Shown here: positions 19,362 to 27,991 of the stretch, in pieces
How the letters are laid out: the number at the start of each line of letters is the position of its first letter
Numbering within the stretch: position 1 is the stretch's first letter
From: Promethearchaeota archaeon
GTDB taxonomy: Archaea > Asgardarchaeota > Lokiarchaeia > Sigyniarchaeales > SOKP01
Assembly (NCBI GenBank): GCA_048938025.1
Contig: JBHLMP010000039.1
Span: 1-35,860 of the forward strand
DNA: 35,860 nt
Direction of reading: 5' to 3'
Notes under the pieces: model-generated
Told to the model about the DNA's origin: nothing
Database searches by the model: none
What the model saw: the letters and a program-made list of their open reading frames with translations, nothing else
Program-made: the position numbers and the translations under genes

Positions 19362-20165
19362 CTAAAATGTACTTTTAAGAAAACCTCCATCTACTTGAAT
19401 AACTGTTCCAGTAATGTAGCTGGCTTTTTCTGAGGCAAGAAAAACGACTAAATTTGCTAATTCTTCTGGTTTTCCTAACCGTCCTAAAGGGATCGGATCT
19501 ATCCAAGATTTTGTAACTTCCTTTTCAGATTTACTGGTTTCTTGAGAAGTTTTGCTGATTAGTTCTTTCATTCGATCTGTTAGAGTTGGACCGGGACATA
19601 CTACATTTACTAAAATATTATCTTTCCCATATTCATTTGCTAAAGTCTTAGCGTAACCTACTACCCCTAGCCGAGTAGTATTAGATAATACAAGATTATT
19701 TAAAGGTTGCTTTACTGAAACCGATGTTATTGCAATAATTCTACCATTTTTTTGCTTTCGCATAATTGGGATTACTAAATTTGTAATTCTAATGAAAGAT
19801 AGTAGGTTTAAGTCAATTGAATTCGTCCATTCTTCCCTTGTTATTTTATTGATTGGTCCTGATGGAGGTCCTCCTGCATTATGAACTAAAATATCAATTT
19901 TTCTAAGTTCACTAAGTGTTTTTCTTACCAGATTTTCTATCTGATTTTCATACATTAAATCCGCAATTACAGGAAATACCATATTATCTGAGTAAAGAGA
20001 TTCTGTTTTCTCTATTTTTTTCTTAGCCATTTCTAAATTTTCCATTGAACGACTACAAATAACTACATTAGCACCCTCTGTATAAAGACTCTGAGCACAA
20101 GCAAATCCCAATCCCTTACTCGATGCTAAGACTAAAGCAACTTTATTTTCTAATCCTAATTTCAT
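19362..20165 (-). CDS. SDR family oxidoreductase (3-oxoacyl-ACP reductase-like)
   Basis: ASSKGLG glycine-rich loop, NAGGPP, IPLGRLGKPEE, ITGTVIQVDGG. Confidence 0.9.
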   Translation of the reverse strand: MKLGLENKVALVLASSKGLGFACAQSLYTEGANVVICSRSMENLEMAKKKIEKTESLYSDNMVFPVIADLMYENQIENLVRKTLSELRKIDILVHNAGGPPSGPINKITREEWTNSIDLNLLSFIRITNLVIPIMRKQKNGRIIAITSVSVKQPLNNLVLSNTTRLGVVGYAKTLANEYGKDNILVNVVCPGPTLTDRMKELISKTSQETSKSEKEVTKSWIDPIPLGRLGKPEELANLVVFLASEKASYITGTVIQVDGGFLKSTF

Positions 20166-20377
20166 ATTTATTTTCTATGAACCTTTCCATTAATTATTTA
20201 ATTTAAATTAATTTTAGCATCACATTTAAATTAATAGGAATAGCAAGATTGGTTTTACAAATCAAAAGAAAGAGAAAAATTTCTAAAAATCTTCTTCACA
20301 CAAAAAGAAATCTAAACTTACCTAAAATCTATTTATAAGAAATTTGTAGAAATTTGGCTGAAGTAGATTAATTTAAA

Positions 20378-20833
20378 TTAATCTGGAGTTAATTCGTCTA
20401 AATCACTTAAATCCAAGCCAGAATCAAGTGCTTCTGGAATTTCTGCGAGGAATTCATCTAAAACTTCTTTTAATTCATCTCCAGAACGCTTTAGTATTAG
20501 CCTAATTAGCCCAATGTTGATGTCCGGGTCAGAGATAAGTGTAAGAACCCCCTTGGGCCCACATGATGCGGCAAATATCTTACCCCCGCTAAATTCTGAG
20601 GTAACGATATCTAATTCACCAAGTTCTAGATTTTTACCTTGTTCTTCTGATGCACAAAAAACAGCACTCGCAATAGCACCGATACCATCTACATCAGCAG
20701 GGAAATAGGAAAATTTCGAGACACTTGCGATCGTTAATCCAGTTCTATCAACTAAAATAACTTTTTTAATTCCGCTCTCACTCTTTATAATCTTACTGAG
20801 AATATTATCAAAACTTTTGGTATCAATTGAAAT
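20378..20833 (-). CDS. Roadblock/LC7 (MglB-like) domain protein with an acidic tail; absent from the ORF track; apparent ATT start
   Basis: Open frame of 151 aa: (M)SIDTKSFDNILSKIIKSESGIKKVILVDRTGLTIAS...DGIGAIASAVF..SEEQGKNLELGELDIVTSEFSGGKIF...VLTLISDPDINIGLIRLILKR...DLDELTPD*. GGTG lies 7 nt before the ATT. Confidence 0.88.
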   Translation of the reverse strand: MSIDTKSFDNILSKIIKSESGIKKVILVDRTGLTIASVSKFSYFPADVDGIGAIASAVFCASEEQGKNLELGELDIVTSEFSGGKIFAASCGPKGVLTLISDPDINIGLIRLILKRSGDELKEVLDEFLAEIPEALDSGLDLSDLDELTPD

Positions 20834-21057
20834 TTTAATACACCAATTCTATTTTGATATTTAATATGATATTATCCAATTTAAACTTATAATTATTATA
20901 ATAATAAAAACTCGAAGTATAAAAAATTATGTTTTTATTAATACTGACTTTTTCTCACTTAAATTCATTAAGTAAGGCATAGGAAAAATAGGAAAATAAG
21001 AAATTTTTCCATAATCTAATAAAAATTCAATCTTTTTTACAAAAGCTTTTTAATAAT

Positions 21058-22116
21058 TTAGAGGAGGTTATGTTTTTGCACTAATTTTTGATAATGGTCT
21101 CTTTCTCTCCTTATAACCTTTAAATCTTTTTTCAAATTAACAATTTCTTCATTCAAGTTACTTTTTGAAGTTCCTTCAGTTGAAATTTGTTCTTTCAGAT
21201 TTCTCATGTCTAATTTTAGATCTCTAATTGTATCTAAATGGGAATCTCTCTCTCGATTTGATTTCAAAACTTGAAATTTTAAATCTTTGTTCGTTTTATT
21301 CATTTTCTCTATCTCGTTTTTAAAATTTTCATTTTCAGCTTTAACTCTTTTTATTTGTTCAAGTAATTTTTCGGCCCCTTCCTCAATTTCATCTTTATCT
21401 CTTACGATTTTTCTTAATTTTGTGATTTGACCATCCTTTTGTTCTAATTCCTGTTTTTGATTATTTGTTAATTTAGTTAATTCTCGTGTTTTTGTTGTTA
21501 AAGTTGCATTATATTCATTAAGCTCTGCCATTTGTACACTCCAATTTTCTAATTTCTGGTATAACTCATTTACTTCATTTTTTAATGCTTGAACGTTTCT
21601 AAGATGTTCTGATCTATCAGATACTAGCATAGAGACTTTTTGAGCAAGATCATCTATTCTTTCTTTTTTTTCACCTATATCTTGCTCCATTTCCTGTCGT
21701 TCTTGCCAATAAGCGTCTAATTCTCCTTTTTCCAATAATTCATAATATTTCGCAAATAAATTCTTGAAATCTTTATCCCTTCTTTTTGGTAATAATTCAA
21801 AGGCAATTCTTCTAACCTGCCCTTCAAAATTTCTTGGAAGAATATCCTCATCAGAAAGAAATACAGTAATAACATGATCTCCTTTCCCTATAAAGTGTTT
21901 TGAGGAATGACCAGTAAAAAAACTTGCAACACTAAGATCCCGTTTGATTTGCATTTCAAGATAATTGGGGCCTGTCCTTACACTTTTTTGTTCATCGAAG
22001 ACTGTTTCTAGCATTGAATCTGTTACACCTAAGTCATCACAAATAGTTTGTGGGTATTGAGCATCTACAACAGGCTCTGATTTCTTATTTAGATTTAAAA
22101 TCACAATTCCTTTCAA
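21058..22116 (-). CDS. Longin/uDENN-like N-terminal domain plus a long C-terminal coiled coil
   Basis: MKGIVILNLNKKSEPVVDAQYP...VASFFTG resembles the N-terminus of 10833..11960 (also VASFFTG); about 210 aa of heptad-rich C-terminus. Confidence 0.65.
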   Translation of the reverse strand: MKGIVILNLNKKSEPVVDAQYPQTICDDLGVTDSMLETVFDEQKSVRTGPNYLEMQIKRDLSVASFFTGHSSKHFIGKGDHVITVFLSDEDILPRNFEGQVRRIAFELLPKRRDKDFKNLFAKYYELLEKGELDAYWQERQEMEQDIGEKKERIDDLAQKVSMLVSDRSEHLRNVQALKNEVNELYQKLENWSVQMAELNEYNATLTTKTRELTKLTNNQKQELEQKDGQITKLRKIVRDKDEIEEGAEKLLEQIKRVKAENENFKNEIEKMNKTNKDLKFQVLKSNRERDSHLDTIRDLKLDMRNLKEQISTEGTSKSNLNEEIVNLKKDLKVIRRERDHYQKLVQKHNLL

Positions 22117-22315
22117 AATTTTATCCCACTAGGCTTTTAATTATTAAATTTCTTGCTCATTAATCTATTGATTAATATAATGTTATTCAATTTTAATTGT
22201 TTTATCTTCTTATTATGGTTTATGTATTTTCTAATATCTGTTGAATAATATTAATAGATTCAACAAACTAAAGTATTAGAAGCATAAAATTAAGCTTAAA
22301 CAATAAGAAGAATTT

Positions 22316-23860
22316 TTAAGTATAAATCTGTGCCAACAATTCTGATGTTTTATTAAGATCCATTGATAAATAATTTTGTTTAAATACAGCTGCAAAAAAT
22401 GCCCGATCTTCCGGGTTAAAATATTTATAGCCAAATTTTTTCCAAGCTATCTTGGGTTGTAATGGTGCAAACAAGGAGATTTTTTCTTTCACTAAATTCA
22501 TAAAAAGTAAATTTATCTCTTCTTTTTTACTATTAGAGATTGTAGTCATTAAAATATCGTCGCTTAGGGTATCCCATGAGCCTTTAAATTGTAAGCAGAA
22601 TTTTTTAATGTCAATCTTGTTTTCAACAATTATCTTAGCTAGAGCTCTAATTGATATATCATAGGTACTCATATTATTTTGTTGAAAAGAGGGATTAGAG
22701 ACCATTAAGCTTGGTGGGTTTTTAGAATCCTTTGAAAGTTGAGGAAGGTTATATTCAGGTAAAACTCTTAACTGGTTTAATCCAAGAATATTTCTAACAT
22801 CTTGAAGAGTTCCACCAGTGTCAAAGAATTGTTTATTAATAATGTATATTATAAGTTTTTCGGCATGAACATCTCCAAAATAAGGATAATCAGAAGCATA
22901 AAGGAGATATTCAGACCAAATACGATTATCTACACTTTCCTTACGATTTGATTGAAACCATCTTCGAAAACTTTCAAAAAAGTTACCAGCACCTGCACCA
23001 TGCAACATTGAAAGATCTCCATATGTATTTGGCTGAACTATGGTATTATAAACTTCATAATCATCAATATTCCCTTGAGCAAAATGGGCGATAATTACTT
23101 TAAAATGAGGTAATAAATCAGGATAATTCGATTGAATTACATTTCTTGCGGATCTTATCAATTTTCCAATTTCTAAAATTGAACCTCTACCTCTAGTATC
23201 AAAGATAACTGGCATAGAATATGATGCCGCCTCAACAAGAACATTAATTACTTTTTCAGAAGTCATCTTATCAATATATCCTTCTGAGCGGGGATGTAAT
23301 TTTAAACCTCGTAGTCCTAAAACTTCCCTCGCATATTTCACTTCATTTACCGCTTTCTCTCCTTCCATTGGATCACAGCGACCATACCCAATCAATTTCA
23401 TTGAGAAGGGAAATCTGGTTGTAAAACGTGAAATATTTATATTACTTGCTCGATATAACGCTTCCGGATGTTTAGCTCGAAAAACATCTTGGAAAGGAAA
23501 AACAACACCTTGATCAATGAAGGAATAAAATCTTGATTTTTCTTTCAAATCAGAATATCTTTTTCCTATTTTTTGTAGGGCAATATATAAGTGATCTGTA
23601 AAAGGATAAGGCGTAAAAGACCAAGATATTTTAGTAAATTTACCATTTATGGTTGTAGTAAACGCTTGTTCCCCAGTTTTTTCCCAATCTGCTTTAATTT
23701 TTCCTTGAACATTACCCCAGAAGTCAAAGGTGCCACCCGGCGAAGCGGGGTTCATATTTGTAGCACCATCTACATCCTGACCTAAATGTGAATGAGCATC
23801 AATTACAAAAATATGCTCTACTCTTTTTTTCCCATCTTGTTCTATATTACACGTTAGCAT
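22316..23860 (-). CDS. Amidohydrolase family protein (Amidohydro_2 TIM barrel) with a C-terminal extension
   Basis: IDAHSHLG, GLKLHP, IIAHF and YASDYPY motifs. Confidence 0.85.
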   Translation of the reverse strand: MLTCNIEQDGKKRVEHIFVIDAHSHLGQDVDGATNMNPASPGGTFDFWGNVQGKIKADWEKTGEQAFTTTINGKFTKISWSFTPYPFTDHLYIALQKIGKRYSDLKEKSRFYSFIDQGVVFPFQDVFRAKHPEALYRASNINISRFTTRFPFSMKLIGYGRCDPMEGEKAVNEVKYAREVLGLRGLKLHPRSEGYIDKMTSEKVINVLVEAASYSMPVIFDTRGRGSILEIGKLIRSARNVIQSNYPDLLPHFKVIIAHFAQGNIDDYEVYNTIVQPNTYGDLSMLHGAGAGNFFESFRRWFQSNRKESVDNRIWSEYLLYASDYPYFGDVHAEKLIIYIINKQFFDTGGTLQDVRNILGLNQLRVLPEYNLPQLSKDSKNPPSLMVSNPSFQQNNMSTYDISIRALAKIIVENKIDIKKFCLQFKGSWDTLSDDILMTTISNSKKEEINLLFMNLVKEKISLFAPLQPKIAWKKFGYKYFNPEDRAFFAAVFKQNYLSMDLNKTSELLAQIYT

Positions 23861-24094
23861 AAAAATATCAATAATTGTTTTTGTTTAAAAATTAGTAATA
23901 ATTATCTAATTAAAACTTACTTACAATTAAATGAGATAAAAAAATTCTTTTACCTTTTTGTTTTTTAAGCAAATTCTTATCAGCATTTATAAAAAGTGAT
24001 TTTTAAAGGTAATATTTATAAATAAAAGGTTGTTATGAGATAAATGAGAAATCTATTCACAAATTTTAATTTTAAATTAAAAGGAGGAATTGTA

Positions 24095-24724
24095 TTGTCT
24101 GAGGATTTAATAAATTTAATAGTAGATTTGCGCGAAATGGAAGCTATAGACCTTGTTCAGAAAAAAATTAACGCTGGAGAGGATCCTCTGAAAATTTTAG
24201 AGCAAATTAGAATCGCTATGGCTAAAGTGGGAGAAAAGTTTGAGAGTAAAGAGTTCTTCCTACCAGATCTAATCATGTCTGGAGAGATTCTAAAGAAAAT
24301 AACAGAAATTATAGAACCAAAACTCAAAGCTGGTGCCAAGGTCCAGAGTTTAGGAAAAGTAGTTCTGGGAACAGTATATGGTGATATACATGATATAGGA
24401 AAGAATATTGTAAAATTTATGTTAGAGTCAAATGGATTTGAGGTTTATGATCTTGGTGTAAATGTTCCAAAAGAAAAATTTGTAGAAAAAATAAAGGAAG
24501 TGAATGCAAAAATTGTAGGTTTGAGTGGATTCTTAACTCTAGCATATGATTCTATGAAAGAGACCATAGAGGAAATCAAAAAGGCAGATTTAAAAGAAAA
24601 AACAAAAATAATGATTGGTGGAGGACAGATAAACGAGGAAGTAAGAAAATATGTGGGTGCAGATTCCTATAGAAAAGATGCAATCGAAGCAGTTGCCCTA
24701 GCCAAAGAGTGGATTGGTGAATAG
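24095..24724 (+). CDS. Cobalamin-binding corrinoid protein (MtbC/MttC-like)
   Basis: B12 cap domain plus GDIHDIGKNIV and IMIGGG. The TTG at 24095 follows AAGGAGG and is more likely than the ATG at 24044. Confidence 0.9.
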   Translation: MSEDLINLIVDLREMEAIDLVQKKINAGEDPLKILEQIRIAMAKVGEKFESKEFFLPDLIMSGEILKKITEIIEPKLKAGAKVQSLGKVVLGTVYGDIHDIGKNIVKFMLESNGFEVYDLGVNVPKEKFVEKIKEVNAKIVGLSGFLTLAYDSMKETIEEIKKADLKEKTKIMIGGGQINEEVRKYVGADSYRKDAIEAVALAKEWIGE

Positions 24725-24764
24725 TAATAGTCCTCAGTAGAGAAATTGCAGGAGGTAATAAGAA

Positions 24765-26102
24765 ATGGAAAAGAAATGGGAAAATTTATCTTTAGATGAG
24801 AAACAGGAGGAAATGTTTGAAAGGTGGCTTTCACCCCAGGGGATTGAATTTGCCAGCTCTAATGCCGAAAACTCTTATAAGGAAAGAGTAATAAGAATAA
24901 AAGATGTTGTTCAATTAAAGAAAATGCCTGATAGAGTTCCGGTTGTTCTAATGCTTGGTTTTTTCCCTGCATTTTATAGCGGTGTAACCCCCCAAGAAGC
25001 TATGTATGACTACGACAAACTTTTGGCTGCGTGGAAAAAAGTGGTTTTAGATTTTGAGCCGGATGCGCATATAGGTTGTTTTGTTCCCGGTCCAGGAAAA
25101 CTATTTGACATTCTTGATTATAAATTATATGCTTGGCCTGGTCATGGAGTTTCTCCTAACCTTTCATATCAATGCCTTGAGAGTGAATATATGAAGCCAG
25201 ATGAATATGATGCTTTCATTCAAGATCCTTCCGGTTTTTTTAGAAGTGTCTATTTACCACGTGTATTTGGAACGTTAGAGCCATTTAAACAGCTAGCACC
25301 TCTCACCAACATAGTCGAGTTGCCATTTACTGGGGGTAATATTTTACCATATGGTCTCCCAGATGTTCAGGAAGCCCTTAAAGCCCTAATGGAAGCAGGA
25401 AGTGAAGCTTTAAAATGGGCAGGTGTCCTCGGAGCTTTCGATAAAGAGATGGCAGAAAATGGATTTCCAAACTTCTTTGGTGGAGCTTCAAAGGCACCTT
25501 ATGATACTATTGGTGATACCCTCAGAGGAACTAAAGGGATAATGCTTGATTTATATCAACGACCCGATAAACTGCTTAAAGCTCTTGAAGTTACAACACC
25601 TTTAATGATTAATATGGGTGTATCTATGGCTAAGATGAACAGAAATCCTATTGTGTTCATACCTTTACATAAAGGAGCTGATGGTTTTCTTTCTGATGAG
25701 CAATTTAAAACTTTCTACTGGCCTTCCTTTAGAAAAGTTCTTATGGGCTTAATTGAAGAAGGATGTGTACCATTCTCTTATGTTGAAGGTGGTTTTAACT
25801 CGCGTCTTGAAGTTATTAAGGATTTACCTAAAGGCAAAGTTATATGGGCGTTTGATTTAACAGACATGAATAAAGCAAAAGAAATTTTAGGAGATACTGC
25901 TTGCATAGGAGGCAATATGCCTATCTCTTTATTAAATTTAGGCACACCGCAAGATATAGAAGATTATGTAAAGAAACTAATAGATACCGCTGGTAAAGAT
26001 GGTGGTTATTTAATGATGAATGGAGCGGTAATTGATGAGGCAAAACCCGAAAATATTAAAGCCATGATTGACTTCACCAAGCAATACGGAGTATATAAAT
26101 AG
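24765..26102 (+). CDS. Uroporphyrinogen decarboxylase family methyltransferase (MtaA/CmuA-like)
   Basis: PDRVPV, APYDTIGDTLRG, FYWPS, IGGNMP and KPENIKAM motifs; GGAGGT RBS; adjacent to the corrinoid protein. Confidence 0.85.
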   Translation: MEKKWENLSLDEKQEEMFERWLSPQGIEFASSNAENSYKERVIRIKDVVQLKKMPDRVPVVLMLGFFPAFYSGVTPQEAMYDYDKLLAAWKKVVLDFEPDAHIGCFVPGPGKLFDILDYKLYAWPGHGVSPNLSYQCLESEYMKPDEYDAFIQDPSGFFRSVYLPRVFGTLEPFKQLAPLTNIVELPFTGGNILPYGLPDVQEALKALMEAGSEALKWAGVLGAFDKEMAENGFPNFFGGASKAPYDTIGDTLRGTKGIMLDLYQRPDKLLKALEVTTPLMINMGVSMAKMNRNPIVFIPLHKGADGFLSDEQFKTFYWPSFRKVLMGLIEEGCVPFSYVEGGFNSRLEVIKDLPKGKVIWAFDLTDMNKAKEILGDTACIGGNMPISLLNLGTPQDIEDYVKKLIDTAGKDGGYLMMNGAVIDEAKPENIKAMIDFTKQYGVYK

Positions 26103-26116
26103 AAAAATTTCAATAT

Positions 26117-26131
26117 TTCCTTTTTTTTTTA
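26117..26131 (+). terminator. Oligo-T archaeal terminator
   Basis: T-run directly downstream of the stop at 26102. Confidence 0.45.
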
Positions 26132-26219
26132 ATTATTAAATTTAATGTAATTAGAGAAGAGAGCCTAATACTTTTTAATTAAAGTCTTTGAGTTATTAGA
26201 TAAAGTTTTGATGAAAAAT

Positions 26220-27881
26220 TTAATCTCTCATTTCTTTTGGTAAAGTTAGAACTCCAGTTAAGGGATTGTTTAATGGGTCTTGGCAGTATTGTATCGTAAA
26301 ATATATTAAATCATATAAGATATTCGGATTTTCACCATTTTTTAGCTTATAATCATACAAGGAAAGTTGGTATTCTGCCTCCGTAATTGGAGGTTCAGCA
26401 TAACTTACACTTCCAAAAACAGATTGCAACAGTGGTTTCAGAAAAGGAGAATAGAGAAAACCAAGCTCTTTCAACTCATCTTTCAAATAGAAAAACATTC
26501 TCTGAACGGCTTGCATCATATATCTTATAGGTTGATTTGCAGGACCTAAATATTGCTTTGCAAACTCACGATCATACTGAGCAAGATGTTCTCGTGTAAG
26601 ATTTTGTGGTCTAAAGAGCGCTATTAACCCCCTTTCTATGGCCGCTTTTCTATTGTACGCAATTGTAGCAGAACCCGCATCAGGAACCCACACTCCCTTT
26701 TTTAGAAGTTTTCTTGCTTTATAGCACATAGCTTGAAGCAACAAGACTATTCCTATCCTTCGACAGATTGAAATTTGTGCATCACTAATACGGACTTCAA
26801 TCGTCCCCCAATCTGTAAACGGAAAGACATCCTGAAAACGCCCATCTTCTAAACTAGCTTTTTGAACAACCTGGAGGAAATAATTCATTGAGTCTTGATC
26901 TGTTGATGTTAAATAAGGGATAAAATGATTAGGGTCATTGTTACTTAACATTGTAATATTATTTTTCAGTCTTAAAGAACGAACACAGTTTGGTGCCGCA
27001 ATCCTTCCATTAATCACTTTAACAACATCAGTAGGTTTGTTATTTATAATGGGAGAATTGCAGGTAAGAGCAATGATATGAGGAATAAAGTTCCTTATCA
27101 TGCAATAACTCTGCACTTTCTCTAATTCTGATTCGAATGTGCCCAGATGACTATGATCAGCTTGGGAGACTCCGCGCATGTATTCCCTCATCGCAGGATT
27201 TATAGCAGAAGCGATGATATGTAGATCTTTTGGCAATGTAGCCTTAGCTAAAAGAAATAATGTGGATGCCCAATAGGCAAGTTCTTCTACATATTCACAT
27301 GGAGGTGTAACAAGCTCTAATATATAAGTGATTGCAGTTACATTCCCATCTCGAGCGAAAGCATCAATATCTACAGAAGATCCTCCCAGAGCATAGCGTA
27401 TATTCATAGCATACCCCTTTTCAATGTCGTCGCGACCCCAAGGTCTAGCTAAGACTTTTTGCCTAATATAATCTGGGACTGGGAGGAAATCTGATCTTCC
27501 TTCATATAGAACTTGATCCATTATCTTGATTGCGTCTCTGACAATTTCTTTCATCCGGAAAACCATTTCATCTCCCGGAGGGTAATCACCATTATCATCT
27601 GCTATGATTAATTCCATTTCAATTCCATGTGTGAACGGTAAAGGGGTCCAATATGCTATATCAGCAAGCATTTCTGGCCATGGCCGCTCATTAATATGCA
27701 ATTCTCTGTAATCTGAACCTAGAAACAATTTATCATGAGATCTATCAACAGAATTCCCAAGTGTATACCATGCTCCGACTGCAGCTGTTCTTTTAGCTTT
27801 TGTATGAGCAAATATATCGCCACTACCTTTACTTTTCTTTTTCTTTTCTTTTTTCTGCTTCTTTTTCTTATCTTTTGCCAT
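26220..27881 (-). CDS. Glutamate-cysteine ligase family 2 (GCS2/YbdK-like carboxylate-amine ligase) with a Lys-rich N-terminus
   Basis: FTHGIEMELI, ELVTPPC, HSHLG, ALTCNSP and WGTIEVRISD motifs. Confidence 0.8.
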   Translation of the reverse strand: MAKDKKKKQKKEKKKKSKGSGDIFAHTKAKRTAAVGAWYTLGNSVDRSHDKLFLGSDYRELHINERPWPEMLADIAYWTPLPFTHGIEMELIIADDNGDYPPGDEMVFRMKEIVRDAIKIMDQVLYEGRSDFLPVPDYIRQKVLARPWGRDDIEKGYAMNIRYALGGSSVDIDAFARDGNVTAITYILELVTPPCEYVEELAYWASTLFLLAKATLPKDLHIIASAINPAMREYMRGVSQADHSHLGTFESELEKVQSYCMIRNFIPHIIALTCNSPIINNKPTDVVKVINGRIAAPNCVRSLRLKNNITMLSNNDPNHFIPYLTSTDQDSMNYFLQVVQKASLEDGRFQDVFPFTDWGTIEVRISDAQISICRRIGIVLLLQAMCYKARKLLKKGVWVPDAGSATIAYNRKAAIERGLIALFRPQNLTREHLAQYDREFAKQYLGPANQPIRYMMQAVQRMFFYLKDELKELGFLYSPFLKPLLQSVFGSVSYAEPPITEAEYQLSLYDYKLKNGENPNILYDLIYFTIQYCQDPLNNPLTGVLTLPKEMRD

Positions 27882-27991
27882 AGAGGGGTGCCCTTTATTT
27901 TGTACTTCTTTTATTTATATTTTTTATTGTCAAAATTTTACAATATATATAATAGAATTTTAATAAATACTTTTGTTAGATAAATTTTTTA

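Noticed and set aside
20514-20708. Plus-strand 64-aa ORF
   Set aside because: Antisense to the real roadblock gene at 20378..20833.
21058-21700. Coiled coil as SMC, ESCRT-III or intermediate-filament homolog
   Set aside because: No Walker motifs or diagnostic signature; generic heptads cannot support the call.
24044-24094. Longer ATG start for the corrinoid protein
   Set aside because: The extension contains the AAGGAGG RBS for the TTG at 24095.
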